64,000 nt of DNA from positions 8,931 through 72,930 of the forward strand of contig JAZSLT010000017.1 in the NCBI GenBank assembly GCA_045535515.1, written 5' to 3'. Shown here piece by piece: positions 16,484-24,799 of this stretch. The DNA is from Clostridia bacterium (GTDB taxonomy: Bacteria; Bacillota; Clostridia; UMGS1883; UMGS1540). Every line of letters starts with the position of its first letter. Position 1 is the stretch's first letter. Both the position numbers and the translations under genes were made by a program. The notes beneath the pieces are model-generated. The model had not been told where the DNA came from and ran no database searches. It worked only from the letters and a program-made list of their open reading frames with translations.

Positions 16484-17557
16484 TTAAGAAAGCGCAGAGA
16501 GGATAAGCCTGCCCATTTCGCTGCAGGAAACCTTTTGGCACAGCGCCTCCCCGTTTTGCGGCATAATGTCCGCTGTACGATACCCTTCTTCCAAAACAGC
16601 CGCAACCGCGTTTTCTATCGCCGCCGCCTCCGTCTCCAGAGAAAAGCTATGCCTTAGCATCATGGCCGCCGACAAAATGGTGCCGATGGGGTTTGCGATA
16701 TCCTGCCCCGCGATGGAGGGCGCGGAGCCATGAATCGGCTCATACAGGCCGCGCGTGGTGGCCCCGAGGCTGGAGGACGGAATCATCCCGATAGAGCCTG
16801 TTATCATGGAGGCCTCGTCCGACAAAATGTCGCCAAACATATTCTCCGTCACAATCACATCAAATTGCGACGGGTCTTTCACAATCTGCATGGCGCAGTT
16901 ATCCACGAGCATATCGGTTAGCTCCACCTCGGGATATTCGGCTTCCAGCCGGTGCATCACCTTTTTCCAGAGCCTCGATGAAGCCAGCACATTGCTTTTT
17001 TCCACCGAGCAAAGCCTTTTCTTTCGCAGCATCGCCGTCTCAAAGCCAATGCGGCCGATTCTTTCAATCTCGCCCTCGCTGTAGCAAAGGACATCGGTCG
17101 CCGTATCGCCTTCCGTTTTATGCTCGCCGAAATAGATGCCGCCGGTAAGCTCCCGCACAATAATAAAATCAACGCCCTTCTCTACAATTTCGTCCTTCAG
17201 CGGCGAGGCGGAGGCAAGCGCCTTCCAAATCCTGGCCGGTCGGTTATTGGCGTAAACACCCATCGCGGCGCGAAGCCTAAGAAGTCCCTTCTCCGGTCTT
17301 TTTTCCGGCGGCAGATGGTTCCACCTTTCACCGCCCACTGCGCCGAGCAGTACGCTGTCGGCTAACAGGCATTTTGCAAGCTCTGCCTCGGGCAGAGGCT
17401 CGCCGAATTTATCGATGGCCGAGCCGCCCATTTCCACATCTGTATATAGAAAGGTGTGCCCGTATTTTTCCGCAATTTTGTCCAGCACCCGCACGGCCTC
17501 ATCTACGATTTCGGGGCCTATACCGTCTCCGCGGATGACTGCAATATTCCTTCTCAT
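16484..17557 (-). CDS. leuB: 3-isopropylmalate dehydrogenase
   Basis: 357 aa with [13 protein letters not shown] and [20 protein letters not shown] motifs. Confidence 0.9.
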   Translation of the reverse strand: MRRNIAVIRGDGIGPEIVDEAVRVLDKIAEKYGHTFLYTDVEMGGSAIDKFGEPLPEAELAKCLLADSVLLGAVGGERWNHLPPEKRPEKGLLRLRAAMGVYANNRPARIWKALASASPLKDEIVEKGVDFIIVRELTGGIYFGEHKTEGDTATDVLCYSEGEIERIGRIGFETAMLRKKRLCSVEKSNVLASSRLWKKVMHRLEAEYPEVELTDMLVDNCAMQIVKDPSQFDVIVTENMFGDILSDEASMITGSIGMIPSSSLGATTRGLYEPIHGSAPSIAGQDIANPIGTILSAAMMLRHSFSLETEAAAIENAVAAVLEEGYRTADIMPQNGEALCQKVSCSEMGRLILSALS

Positions 17558-18045
17558 TTTTCCGCCTCCCCGAGTGACGCCAGAAGGCCGCCACTCTTTA
17601 TAATATTCTGAATAAACGGCGGAAAGGCCTGTGCCTGATACTGCTTTCCGGTCGTGATATTTTGTATTTCGCCGGTATCAAAATTCACCCGCACCTTATC
17701 GTTTGCCGCAATTTCCTCGGCCGCCGCCTCGCATTCGAGGATTGGCAAACCGATATTGATGGCGTTGCGGTAAAAAATACGCGCAAAGCTTTTTGCAATC
17801 ACGCAGCCTGTGCCTGCCGTTTTTATTACGAGCGGCGCATGCTCACGCGAAGAGCCGCAGCCAAAATTCCAGCCGGCCACCAAAACATCGCCTTTTTCTA
17901 CCTTTTTTACAAATTCGGCGTCAATATCCTCCATACAATGGAGCGCCAGCTCTTTGGCATCGGGCGTGTTTAAATATCTTGCCGGAATGATAACATCCGT
18001 ATCAACATTGTCGCCGTATTTAAAAACCTTTCCCACCGTTTCCAT
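17554..18045 (-). CDS. leuD: 3-isopropylmalate dehydratase small subunit
   Basis: 163 aa with [11 protein letters not shown] and [12 protein letters not shown]. Confidence 0.9.
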   Translation of the reverse strand: METVGKVFKYGDNVDTDVIIPARYLNTPDAKELALHCMEDIDAEFVKKVEKGDVLVAGWNFGCGSSREHAPLVIKTAGTGCVIAKSFARIFYRNAINIGLPILECEAAAEEIAANDKVRVNFDTGEIQNITTGKQYQAQAFPPFIQNIIKSGGLLASLGEAEK

Positions 18046-19308
18046 CTACTCCGCCTCCTTGTAGGATGTGATATACCCTTTTATGGCGCTGGCCGCCGCC
18101 GTATGGGGCGAGGCCAAATACACTTCGCTTTCCACATGCCCCATCCGCCCCACAAAGTTGCGGTTGGTGGTGGCAATACATTTTTCGCCCGCCGCCAAAA
18201 TGCCCATATAGCCGCCGAGGCAAGGGCAGCAGGTCGGCGTGGACACGACGGCGCCGGCATCTATAAAGGCGGTAACATATCCCCTTTCTACACATTCGCG
18301 GTAAATTTTCATCGTGGCCGGGATAATAATACAGCGAACGCCCTCGGCAATCTTTTTGCCCTTTAACACCTTATAGGCGGCCTCCATATCCTCCATGCGT
18401 CCGTTTGTGCAGCTGCCGATAACCACCTGGTCGATTTTTACGGCGGAAAGGTCATCTGCATCCTTTGTGTTTTCGGGAAGATGCGGACAGCTTACTGTGG
18501 GGCGGATGTCGGAAAGATGGATTTCGATTATCTCGTCATACACCGCATCGCCATCGGCCGCGAAAACAACAGGCGGCCGCTGGCATCTGCCCTCCATGTA
18601 GGCCATTGTCACGGCATCGACGGGGAAAATGCCGTTTTTGGCACCTGCCTCAATCGCCATATTGCAGATGCAGAGCCTGTCGTCCATCGAAAGCGTTTTT
18701 ATGCCGTCACCCGAAAATTCCATGCTCTTATAAAGGGCGCCGTCCACCCCGATTTTCCCGATGATGTTTAAAATCACATCTTTGCCGCTGCAGCCTGCAG
18801 GAAGCGCGCCTGAAAGGACAATTTTTATCGCCGAAGGCACCTTAAACCACGCCTTCCCCGTTGCCATGCCGGCCGCCATATCGGTAGAGCCGACGCCGGT
18901 GGCAAACGCGCCAAGCGCGCCGTAGGTGCAGGTGTGGGAATCGGCGCCGATAATACAGTCGCCGGCCACCACTACGCCCTCCTCAGGCAAAAGCGCATGC
19001 TCAATGCCCATTTTCCCCACATCGTAAAAGTGGCTTATTCCGTGTGCATGGGCAAAGGTGCGGCAGGTTTTCGATTGCTCGGCGGCCTTAATATCCTTGT
19101 TCGGCACAAAATGGTCTAAAACAATGGCCACCCTGTCTTTATCAAAGACCTTCGTAAAACCGGCTTTTTCAAATTCCCTGACGGCAACCGGTGTGGTAAT
19201 GTCGTTACCCAGAACAATATCCAGCTCCGCCGAAATGAGCTGACCGGCCGAAACGCGCGTCTCGCCTGCGTGGGCGGCCAGTATTTTTTGCGTCATCGTC
19301 ATTCCCAT
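18046..19308 (-). CDS. leuC: 3-isopropylmalate dehydratase large subunit
   Basis: 420 aa aconitase-family protein with [11 protein letters not shown] and GSCTNGR. Confidence 0.9.
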   Translation of the reverse strand: MGMTMTQKILAAHAGETRVSAGQLISAELDIVLGNDITTPVAVREFEKAGFTKVFDKDRVAIVLDHFVPNKDIKAAEQSKTCRTFAHAHGISHFYDVGKMGIEHALLPEEGVVVAGDCIIGADSHTCTYGALGAFATGVGSTDMAAGMATGKAWFKVPSAIKIVLSGALPAGCSGKDVILNIIGKIGVDGALYKSMEFSGDGIKTLSMDDRLCICNMAIEAGAKNGIFPVDAVTMAYMEGRCQRPPVVFAADGDAVYDEIIEIHLSDIRPTVSCPHLPENTKDADDLSAVKIDQVVIGSCTNGRMEDMEAAYKVLKGKKIAEGVRCIIIPATMKIYRECVERGYVTAFIDAGAVVSTPTCCPCLGGYMGILAAGEKCIATTNRNFVGRMGHVESEVYLASPHTAAASAIKGYITSYKEAE

Positions 19309-20982
19309 TTATTTTTGCCCTCCCTTCATCATATTGGAAAAGGCCGATAAAAGTGCATTGGCCGAGGCGCGGATTACATCCGTATGGGTGCCGGCGCCCC
19401 AGAAGAAATCGCCGCCTTCCGTTTCCAGTCCGATATACGATGCGGCCACACTCTCCGAGCCTTGTCCCTGCATACTGTGCTGGGAGAATACCTCCAGCGT
19501 GTACGCCTTGCCCGTATACGCCTTTAAGGCATTGTTAATGGCACCGAGCGAACCGTTGCCTTCCGCCTCTACCGTGGTCTTCTCGCCATTTTCCGAGAAA
19601 GTGATGGTTACTTTTACCACATCATTCTCGCGCATAAATCTGAAATCGGCAACCTCAATTTCGCTTTGGGTGGCAAGATAGTTCTCTTCAAAAATGCGAA
19701 GCACATCAAAAGGCTTCAGTTCCCGATGCTCGCGCTCGGAAACGCCCTTGCAGACATAGCTTAAATGCTCGCGCATTTTCAAGGGCAATACATAGCCGTA
19801 TGTCTTTTCCAGCACATACCCGATGCCACCCTTGCCGCTCTGGGAATTGACACGGATAACATCGGCATCGTAGGTTCTGCCGATATCTTTCGGGTCAATG
19901 GGAATGTATGGCACATTCCAGATGTGCTGCTTATTCTTGCTTCTGAATTTCATACCCTTTGCAATCGCATCCTGATGACTGCCGGAAAACGCCGCAAACA
20001 CGAGCGCGCCGGCATAAGGCGCACGGTCGGCCACGCGCATTCTCGTGCATTTTTCATACTTTTCCACGAGATAATTCATGTCCGAGAAATCAAGCCCCGG
20101 ACTTACGCCATGCGAATACATATTCAGCGCAAGGGTGATAATATCCACATTCCCCGTCCGCTCGCCGTTGCCAAAAAGCGTGCCTTCCACCCTGTCGGCA
20201 CCGGCCAAAAGGGCAAGCTCCGTATCGGCAACGCCTGTGCCGCGGTCGTTATGCGGATGAACGGAGAGCGTAACATGCTCGCGGTATTTGAGATTTTTAT
20301 GCATGTACTCGACCTGATTTGCGTAGATATGGGGACTGCTCATTTCCACCGTTACCGGCAGATTGATAATAACATTGTTTTCTGCCGACGGCTCCAGAGC
20401 ATCCAGCACCGCATTGCAAACGGAAAGGGCATATTCCGGCTCCGTCCCCGTAAAGCTTTCAGGCGAATACTCAAAGCGGAAGTTGCCTTCATATTCGGCG
20501 GCCAGCTTTTTGATAAGCTCGGCACCCTCCACCGCAAGGCGGCAGATTTCCTCTCTCGACTTTTGAAACACCTGCTCTCTTTGCGCTAAAGAGGTGGAAT
20601 TATAAAAGTGAATAATGGCGCGCTTTGCGCCTTTTAAGGCCTCAAAGGTTTTTCTTATGATATGCTCGCGGCATTGTGTCAGTACCTGAATGGTGACATC
20701 CTCGGGGATTCTGTTTTGGTCAATCAGCGTCCGCAAAAACGCAAATTCCGTTTCCGATGCCGCCGGAAAACCAACCTCAATCTCTTTAAACCCTACCGAG
20801 AGCAGCACCTCAAAATATTCAAGCTTTTCCTCGAGACTCATCGGGATAATCAGGGCCTGATTGCCGTCACGCATATCCACGCTGCACCATATAGGCGCTT
20901 TTTCGATATGGTCTTTCTTTACCCAAGCCGTGTTTTCGCCCGGCGGGCTGAAATACCCTGCCTTGTACTTCGTATAGTCCAT
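19309..20982 (-). CDS. leuA: 2-isopropylmalate synthase (long form)
   Basis: Contains WCSVDMRDGNQ and HPHNDRGTGVA. Start moved to the ATG at 20982, which follows AAGGAGGA. The upstream part of the ORF overlaps the T-box terminator. Confidence 0.9.
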   Translation of the reverse strand: MDYTKYKAGYFSPPGENTAWVKKDHIEKAPIWCSVDMRDGNQALIIPMSLEEKLEYFEVLLSVGFKEIEVGFPAASETEFAFLRTLIDQNRIPEDVTIQVLTQCREHIIRKTFEALKGAKRAIIHFYNSTSLAQREQVFQKSREEICRLAVEGAELIKKLAAEYEGNFRFEYSPESFTGTEPEYALSVCNAVLDALEPSAENNVIINLPVTVEMSSPHIYANQVEYMHKNLKYREHVTLSVHPHNDRGTGVADTELALLAGADRVEGTLFGNGERTGNVDIITLALNMYSHGVSPGLDFSDMNYLVEKYEKCTRMRVADRAPYAGALVFAAFSGSHQDAIAKGMKFRSKNKQHIWNVPYIPIDPKDIGRTYDADVIRVNSQSGKGGIGYVLEKTYGYVLPLKMREHLSYVCKGVSEREHRELKPFDVLRIFEENYLATQSEIEVADFRFMRENDVVKVTITFSENGEKTTVEAEGNGSLGAINNALKAYTGKAYTLEVFSQHSMQGQGSESVAASYIGLETEGGDFFWGAGTHTDVIRASANALLSAFSNMMKGGQK

Positions 20983-21002
20983 CACCTTGTATTCCTCCTT
21001 TT

Positions 21003-21320
21003 TGTTTTTGAAACGGACACCGGATGGAACAAAAAACGCCCGCCCCAAAATAAATATTTTGAGACGGGCGCATACATACCTTGCGCTCGCGGTACCACTC
21101 AAATTGCATCGGCAAAGCCGATACCCCTTCAGGCTCCATCAAGCCCTTCTGCACTAACGCGGCATACACGGAAGAGACTACTGTCATTTCACCTCTTCGG
21201 CTCGGAAGGGAGAGTCACAAAGCAAAATCCCTATCAGCTCGCACCAACCGCTGACTCTCTCCAAAGCATCATTTGCCCGACATTCTTCGTCTCAGCCTTT
21301 ACTTTTATATTCAGTTTATA
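21003..21320 (-). promoter_or_regulatory. T-box leader (tRNA-sensing riboswitch) of the leu operon
   Basis: The minus strand contains the T-box sequence AATTTGAGTGGTACCGCGAGCGCAAGG (about 21075-21101). It also has a stem-I region with an AGAGAG motif and CUC codons in the putative specifier region. A terminator CGCCCGTCTC...GGGGCGGGCG plus TTTTTT lies at about 21027-21070. Confidence 0.8.
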
Positions 21321-21325
21321 GAGAA

Positions 21326-21354
21326 ATTATAGCCTTGTTTTATCGTTTTGTCAA
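21326..21354 (-). promoter_or_regulatory. Consensus sigma-A promoter of the leu T-box leader
   Basis: On the minus strand: TTGACA (21349-21354), 17 nt, TATAAT (21326-21331). Confidence 0.75.
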
Positions 21355-21380
21355 TATTTTTTTGAAAAAAATTATCTTTT

Positions 21381-22106
21381 TTAATCCCGATAGGAGAGCA
21401 TACAGGCGAACATCGTGTCGCCGTTTTCGTTTTGCCCTTTTGCCAGCACCGTATTCTCCTGCCATGTATGGTAAACAGAGAGCTTTGTACCCCCCAGGAC
21501 CTCTTTCCGATAATCTATCTGGAAGGTGTCAAGCCGGCGTGCCGATTGCGGATTTACGGCATCGAGAACATAGGCCGGGTATTTCGTGTTGTTTACATGG
21601 TTGTTGTTATCCAGCTCACTAAAGCCGGCAAAGACCGGGTGGGGTGTCCCTTCTGCCGGAAAATCCGAAACCTTGCTGTGTTTCCCCTCGAACATCACTT
21701 CCTCGTGAAAGCCGTCCGTGAAAGGATATAAATCGGGCACCGACAGAAGGCGCCTTGTTTCGCTATGTATCACAACCCATTCCGAGCTTCCCGAAATCAG
21801 CCGCTCGCCCGCCTCGCTTTCGATGCAGTATTCTCTTCGGTAGTTTAAGCGGTTTGGCATCAGGGGCCATGTTTTCACCCGGACCTTCTGATAGATTCCG
21901 GGGTGCGAAAGAATCTGAAACTTTACCCTTGTCAGCACCCAGATATACCCGCGCTCGCGCATATCGGAAAACCCGACGCCGATTTCCTGCGCGTGCTGCC
22001 CCGCCGCGTCCTGAAATAAATCCAGTACTGCCGACGGCGTTATGTGGTTGAATTTATCAAAGTCACCGGCTCTTAAAAAATATTCCTTTTCCCATAATCT
22101 TCTCAT
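21381..22106 (-). CDS. Acyl-ACP thioesterase
   Basis: 241 aa with two hot-dog halves (YIWVLTRVKF..., NNHVNNTKYPAYVLD). Start moved to the ATG at 22106, which follows GAGGTG. Confidence 0.75.
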   Translation of the reverse strand: MRRLWEKEYFLRAGDFDKFNHITPSAVLDLFQDAAGQHAQEIGVGFSDMRERGYIWVLTRVKFQILSHPGIYQKVRVKTWPLMPNRLNYRREYCIESEAGERLISGSSEWVVIHSETRRLLSVPDLYPFTDGFHEEVMFEGKHSKVSDFPAEGTPHPVFAGFSELDNNNHVNNTKYPAYVLDAVNPQSARRLDTFQIDYRKEVLGGTKLSVYHTWQENTVLAKGQNENGDTMFACMLSYRD

Positions 22107-22179
22107 TTTTTCACCTCGGGGATAGTATAGCACAGATTTACGGAGAATGCAATGGTTTGGGGAAACTAAGGCATGGAGA

Positions 22180-22267
22180 TATTTACTTTGCACGAAGCAC
22201 AATACCACTCGGCATAAGCCGAATATAACTGCGTAGCAATATAACTTGCCACAAGGCAAATATAACT
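22180..22267. repeat. Array I: roughly 21-bp-periodic nonamer (AATATAACT and variants) alternating with mini-hairpins
   Basis: AATATAACT at 22222, 22238 and 22259, with variants AATACCACT (22201) and ATATTTACT (22180). The intervening hairpins are TCGGC-ATAA-GCCGA, TGC-GTA-GCA and TTGCC-ACAA-GGCAA. Confidence 0.7.
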
Positions 22268-22268
22268 G

Positions 22269-22317
22269 AAAAAGCGGCTTGTCGAAACAAGTCGCTTTTT
22301 CTGGTGGAAGCAGAACC
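22269..22317 (-). other. Terminator-like hairpin plus a degenerate copy of the ssrA 3' end (att-scar candidate)
   Basis: AAAAAGCGGCTTGT-CGAA-ACAAGTCGCTTTTT is followed by C and TGGTGGAAGCAGAACC. The genuine arrangement at 22526-22590 is hairpin, TTTTTTC, then TGGTGGAGGCGGCGGGAGTTGAACC. Confidence 0.5.
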
Positions 22318-22340
22318 ATAGGGATATTTTAAAATTCTTT

Positions 22341-22523
22341 GACGATATACTCGCTCACGCTCGTGCGATATATTTGCTTCGCAAATTCGATATAATCTCA
22401 CTTCGTTCGATTGCGATATGATATAAATTCCTTTTCTCGTTGCCGTCAGGCAACATATCGCATCCGTCAGGATATATCGCGTACGAAGTACATATCTCAA
22501 ATTCCGTCAGGAATTTATATCGC
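22341..22523. repeat. Array II: GATAT/ATATCGC motifs at roughly 20-bp spacing alternating with mini-hairpins that have variable stems
   Basis: ATATCGC at 22455, 22474 and 22517, and ATATCTC at 22492. Hairpins are GTTGCC-GTCA-GGCAAC (22439-22454), ATCC-GTCA-GGAT (22462-22473), GTAC-GAA-GTAC (22481-22491), AAATTCC-GTCA-GGAATTT (22499-22516) and ATTTGC-TTC-GCAAAT (22372-22386). Confidence 0.7.
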
Positions 22524-22525
22524 TG

Positions 22526-22564
22526 AAAAAAAGACATTATTCTTTGTCGAATAATGTCTTTTTT
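22526..22564 (-). terminator. Intrinsic terminator downstream of ssrA
   Basis: AGACATTATTC-TTTGTC-GAATAATGTCT hairpin flanked by A7/T6. The stem is nearly identical to that of the tRNA-Ser terminator at 3078-3109. Confidence 0.8.
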
Positions 22565-22565
22565 C

Positions 22566-22911
22566 TGGTGGAGGCGGCGGGAGTTGAACCCGCGTCCGAA
22601 AACATATTCACAGGAGCCTCTCCGAGCGCAGTTTATGGTCGGAATTCCCGCCTTTGCAAGTCCATAAACAACCTTGCAAATTTGGTAGCTTCATTATGCA
22701 TGCTTGCGGCAAAGCTTACGCAAGTCACGTTCACTGCTAGGTCACGCCCTGTCCCGTGCCGCAGTCCTCACGGGCAAGACGGCAGCTTTAATTAAGCTGC
22801 AAAAGCTAACTTATTATTGTCGCTTAATATTTAAGTTTGGGCTTTTAAAGAGGCGCCCGCCTCTGCTCGCTGCTCCGGCTTCAACATCCCCGTCGAAACC
22901 GTTACGCCCCC
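22566..22911 (-). ncRNA. ssrA: tmRNA (ssrA)
   Basis: On the minus strand the 5' end is GGGGGCGTAACGGTTTCGACGGGG and the 3' end is GGGTTCAACTCCCGCCGCCTCCACCA. An internal tag frame reads GAC AAT AAT AAG TTA GCT TTT GCA GCT TAA (..DNNKLAFAA*). Confidence 0.9.
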
Positions 22912-22975
22912 ATATAAAACAGAATGTCCCGTTTCCATAAGATTATGCGCATTTTTCTTATGGCCGACAGGGACA

Positions 22976-23004
22976 AGTATACCATAATCCTTGCCCCTTG
23001 TCAA
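22976..23004 (-). promoter_or_regulatory. Consensus sigma-A promoter upstream of ssrA
   Basis: On the minus strand: TTGACA (22999-23004), 17 nt, TATACT (22976-22981), about 65 nt upstream of the mature 5' end. Confidence 0.65.
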
Positions 23005-23028
23005 GCCGAGCGCGCGTTTAGCGCGCTG

Positions 23029-23967
23029 TTATTTTTCTCCGGCAAAGAGCGCCGCGGCAAAATCGGCCGGTGAAAACGCCTGCAGGTCCTCTATCCCCTC
23101 GCCTACGCCGATGAATTTGACCGGCACGCCGAGGCGGGCACGGATGGCTACCACAATGCCGCCGCGCGCTGTACCGTCCAGCTTTGTAAGCACAAGGCCC
23201 GAAATCGGCACGGCCTTCGAGAAAAGCTCGGCCTGGCTTACGGCGTTTTGCCCCGTTGTGGCATCTAAAACCAAAAGGCATTCTTTTGAGGCCGCGGGCA
23301 GCTCCCTATCGACAACGCGATACATTTTCCCCAGCTCATCCATCAGATTTTTCTTGTTGTGGAGCCGTCCTGCGGTGTCACAAATCAAAACATCCACGCC
23401 GCGCTTTTTCGCGGCCGTACAAGCATCATACAAAACGGAAGCCGGGTCTGCCCCCTCGCTCCCCTTTATCATCTCGCATCCCACGCGCTCTGCCCACACC
23501 CCGAGCTGCGAAATAGCCGCCGCACGAAAGGTATCGGCCGCAGCGAGAAGAACACTTTTTCCTTCCTTTTTCAGCTGTGCCGCTATTTTACCGATAGTGG
23601 TGGTTTTCCCTACGCCGTTTACACCAATGACAAAAATAACGGCAGGACTGCCGGAAAGCACAAGCCCTTCCGTTTCCTCGCCCAGCTTTTCTGTAAGGAG
23701 CGCGGCCAGTTCTGTACGCACCTCATCACTCTCACTAAGGCGTTTTTCTTTTACGCGGTCACGCAAATCGTCCACAATTTCCATGGCCGTTTCCGCGCCC
23801 ATATCCGCCAGCACGAGTGCATCTTCCAGTTCCTCAAAAAGCGCCTCATCTATCTTTATAAAGGCCTTGAAAACCGAATCCATCTGCTGAGTGAGAGAGT
23901 CCCTCGTTTTAGATAAGCCTTCCCTAAGCCTCCCGAAAAAGCCCTTTTTTTCTTTCTGTTCTCCCAT
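23029..23967 (-). CDS. ftsY: Signal recognition particle receptor FtsY
   Basis: Contains GVNGVGKTTTIGK, DTAGR and TKLDGTARGG GTPase motifs. Start moved to the ATG at 23967. Confidence 0.9.
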   Translation of the reverse strand: MGEQKEKKGFFGRLREGLSKTRDSLTQQMDSVFKAFIKIDEALFEELEDALVLADMGAETAMEIVDDLRDRVKEKRLSESDEVRTELAALLTEKLGEETEGLVLSGSPAVIFVIGVNGVGKTTTIGKIAAQLKKEGKSVLLAAADTFRAAAISQLGVWAERVGCEMIKGSEGADPASVLYDACTAAKKRGVDVLICDTAGRLHNKKNLMDELGKMYRVVDRELPAASKECLLVLDATTGQNAVSQAELFSKAVPISGLVLTKLDGTARGGIVVAIRARLGVPVKFIGVGEGIEDLQAFSPADFAAALFAGEK

Positions 23968-24020
23968 ATATAATTCCTTCCTTTCCGTCCCCGTTATTAT
24001 ATAGGAAATCGGAAGAATTG

Positions 24021-24722
24021 TCAAGTGTCCCCTGCGGCCTTTTCTTCTGAAGGCTGTATGGAAAAACGAAGACGGCTCATACGCTCGTCAAGCTCGGCAC
24101 TAAGCCGGGCGCAGGTTTTCAGCTCCTCACCCATTTGGGGCGAAAAAAGATACTCCTTCTTATAGCGGAGCTGATGCTCAAGGCTCGCCCAAAAATCCAT
24201 CGCAATCGTACGCAGCTGGATTTCCACCTTCATCATTCTTTTTTCCCTGGCCAGAAAAATGGGAACCGCTACAATAAGATGCAGGCTGCGATAGCCGTTA
24301 GGTTTTGGATTTTGAATGTAATCTTTCTTTTGTAAAAGCGTGATATCGTCCTGTATTAGGAGCGCGTCGGCAAGGCGATAGACATCCTCCGAAAAGGAGC
24401 ATACCACGCGCACGCCTGCCACATCTGAAAGGCTCTTCTCGATGTTTTCCACCGATAGCGGAAGGCCTTTTTTCTCCAGCTTTTTCTGCATGCTTTCAGG
24501 AGATTTCAGGCGCGTCTTAATGCTGTTTATGGGGTTTCGCTCATATTGCAGAGAAAATTCTTCATTGAGCACCGCAAGCTTTGTTTCGATTTCCATCATG
24601 GCACAGCGGTAATAGGCCATAAGCGTTCTAAACTGCTGTATGTAATCTCTGGACCACGCCGCAAGCTCCGAGTCAAAGAGCGCGCGGAGCTTTTCTGTCT
24701 GTTTGCGATGATTATTTTCCAT
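24021..24722 (-). CDS. Small alarmone synthetase (RelQ/RelP-type GTP pyrophosphokinase)
   Basis: 233 aa with a RelA/SpoT synthetase domain (GVRVVCSF, NGYRSLHLIV, EIQLRTIAMDFWASLEH). Confidence 0.8.
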   Translation of the reverse strand: MENNHRKQTEKLRALFDSELAAWSRDYIQQFRTLMAYYRCAMMEIETKLAVLNEEFSLQYERNPINSIKTRLKSPESMQKKLEKKGLPLSVENIEKSLSDVAGVRVVCSFSEDVYRLADALLIQDDITLLQKKDYIQNPKPNGYRSLHLIVAVPIFLAREKRMMKVEIQLRTIAMDFWASLEHQLRYKKEYLFSPQMGEELKTCARLSAELDERMSRLRFSIQPSEEKAAGDT

Positions 24723-24799
24723 CTTTTTTCCTCCTTTTATACAGTATACGGAAAAGTTTTGCCCTCGGTATGAATAATTTGTAAAAAGAATGTGAAGTC

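Noticed and set aside
20983-21102. N-terminal extensions of track ORFs: leuA 20983-21102, thioesterase 22107-22319, ftsY 23968-24024, spoVAD 29229-29432, cysS 29925-30038, pcrA 34490-34546, noc 37921-37998, murA 62225-62263, flxA-like 9441-9464.
   Set aside because: In each case an internal ATG with a good Shine-Dalgarno sequence coincides with the conserved N-terminus of the family. The extension overlaps a leader, terminator or upstream gene.
22180-22523. Possibility that the periodic arrays (also 3015-3075) are CRISPR arrays.
   Set aside because: The repeats are only 7-9 nt and the 'spacers' are 9-18 nt and are themselves palindromes. There are no cas genes in the window and no leader.
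22544-22940. ORFs 22544-22795 (+) and 22704-22940 (+).
   Set aside because: They lie entirely within the tmRNA gene on the opposite strand.
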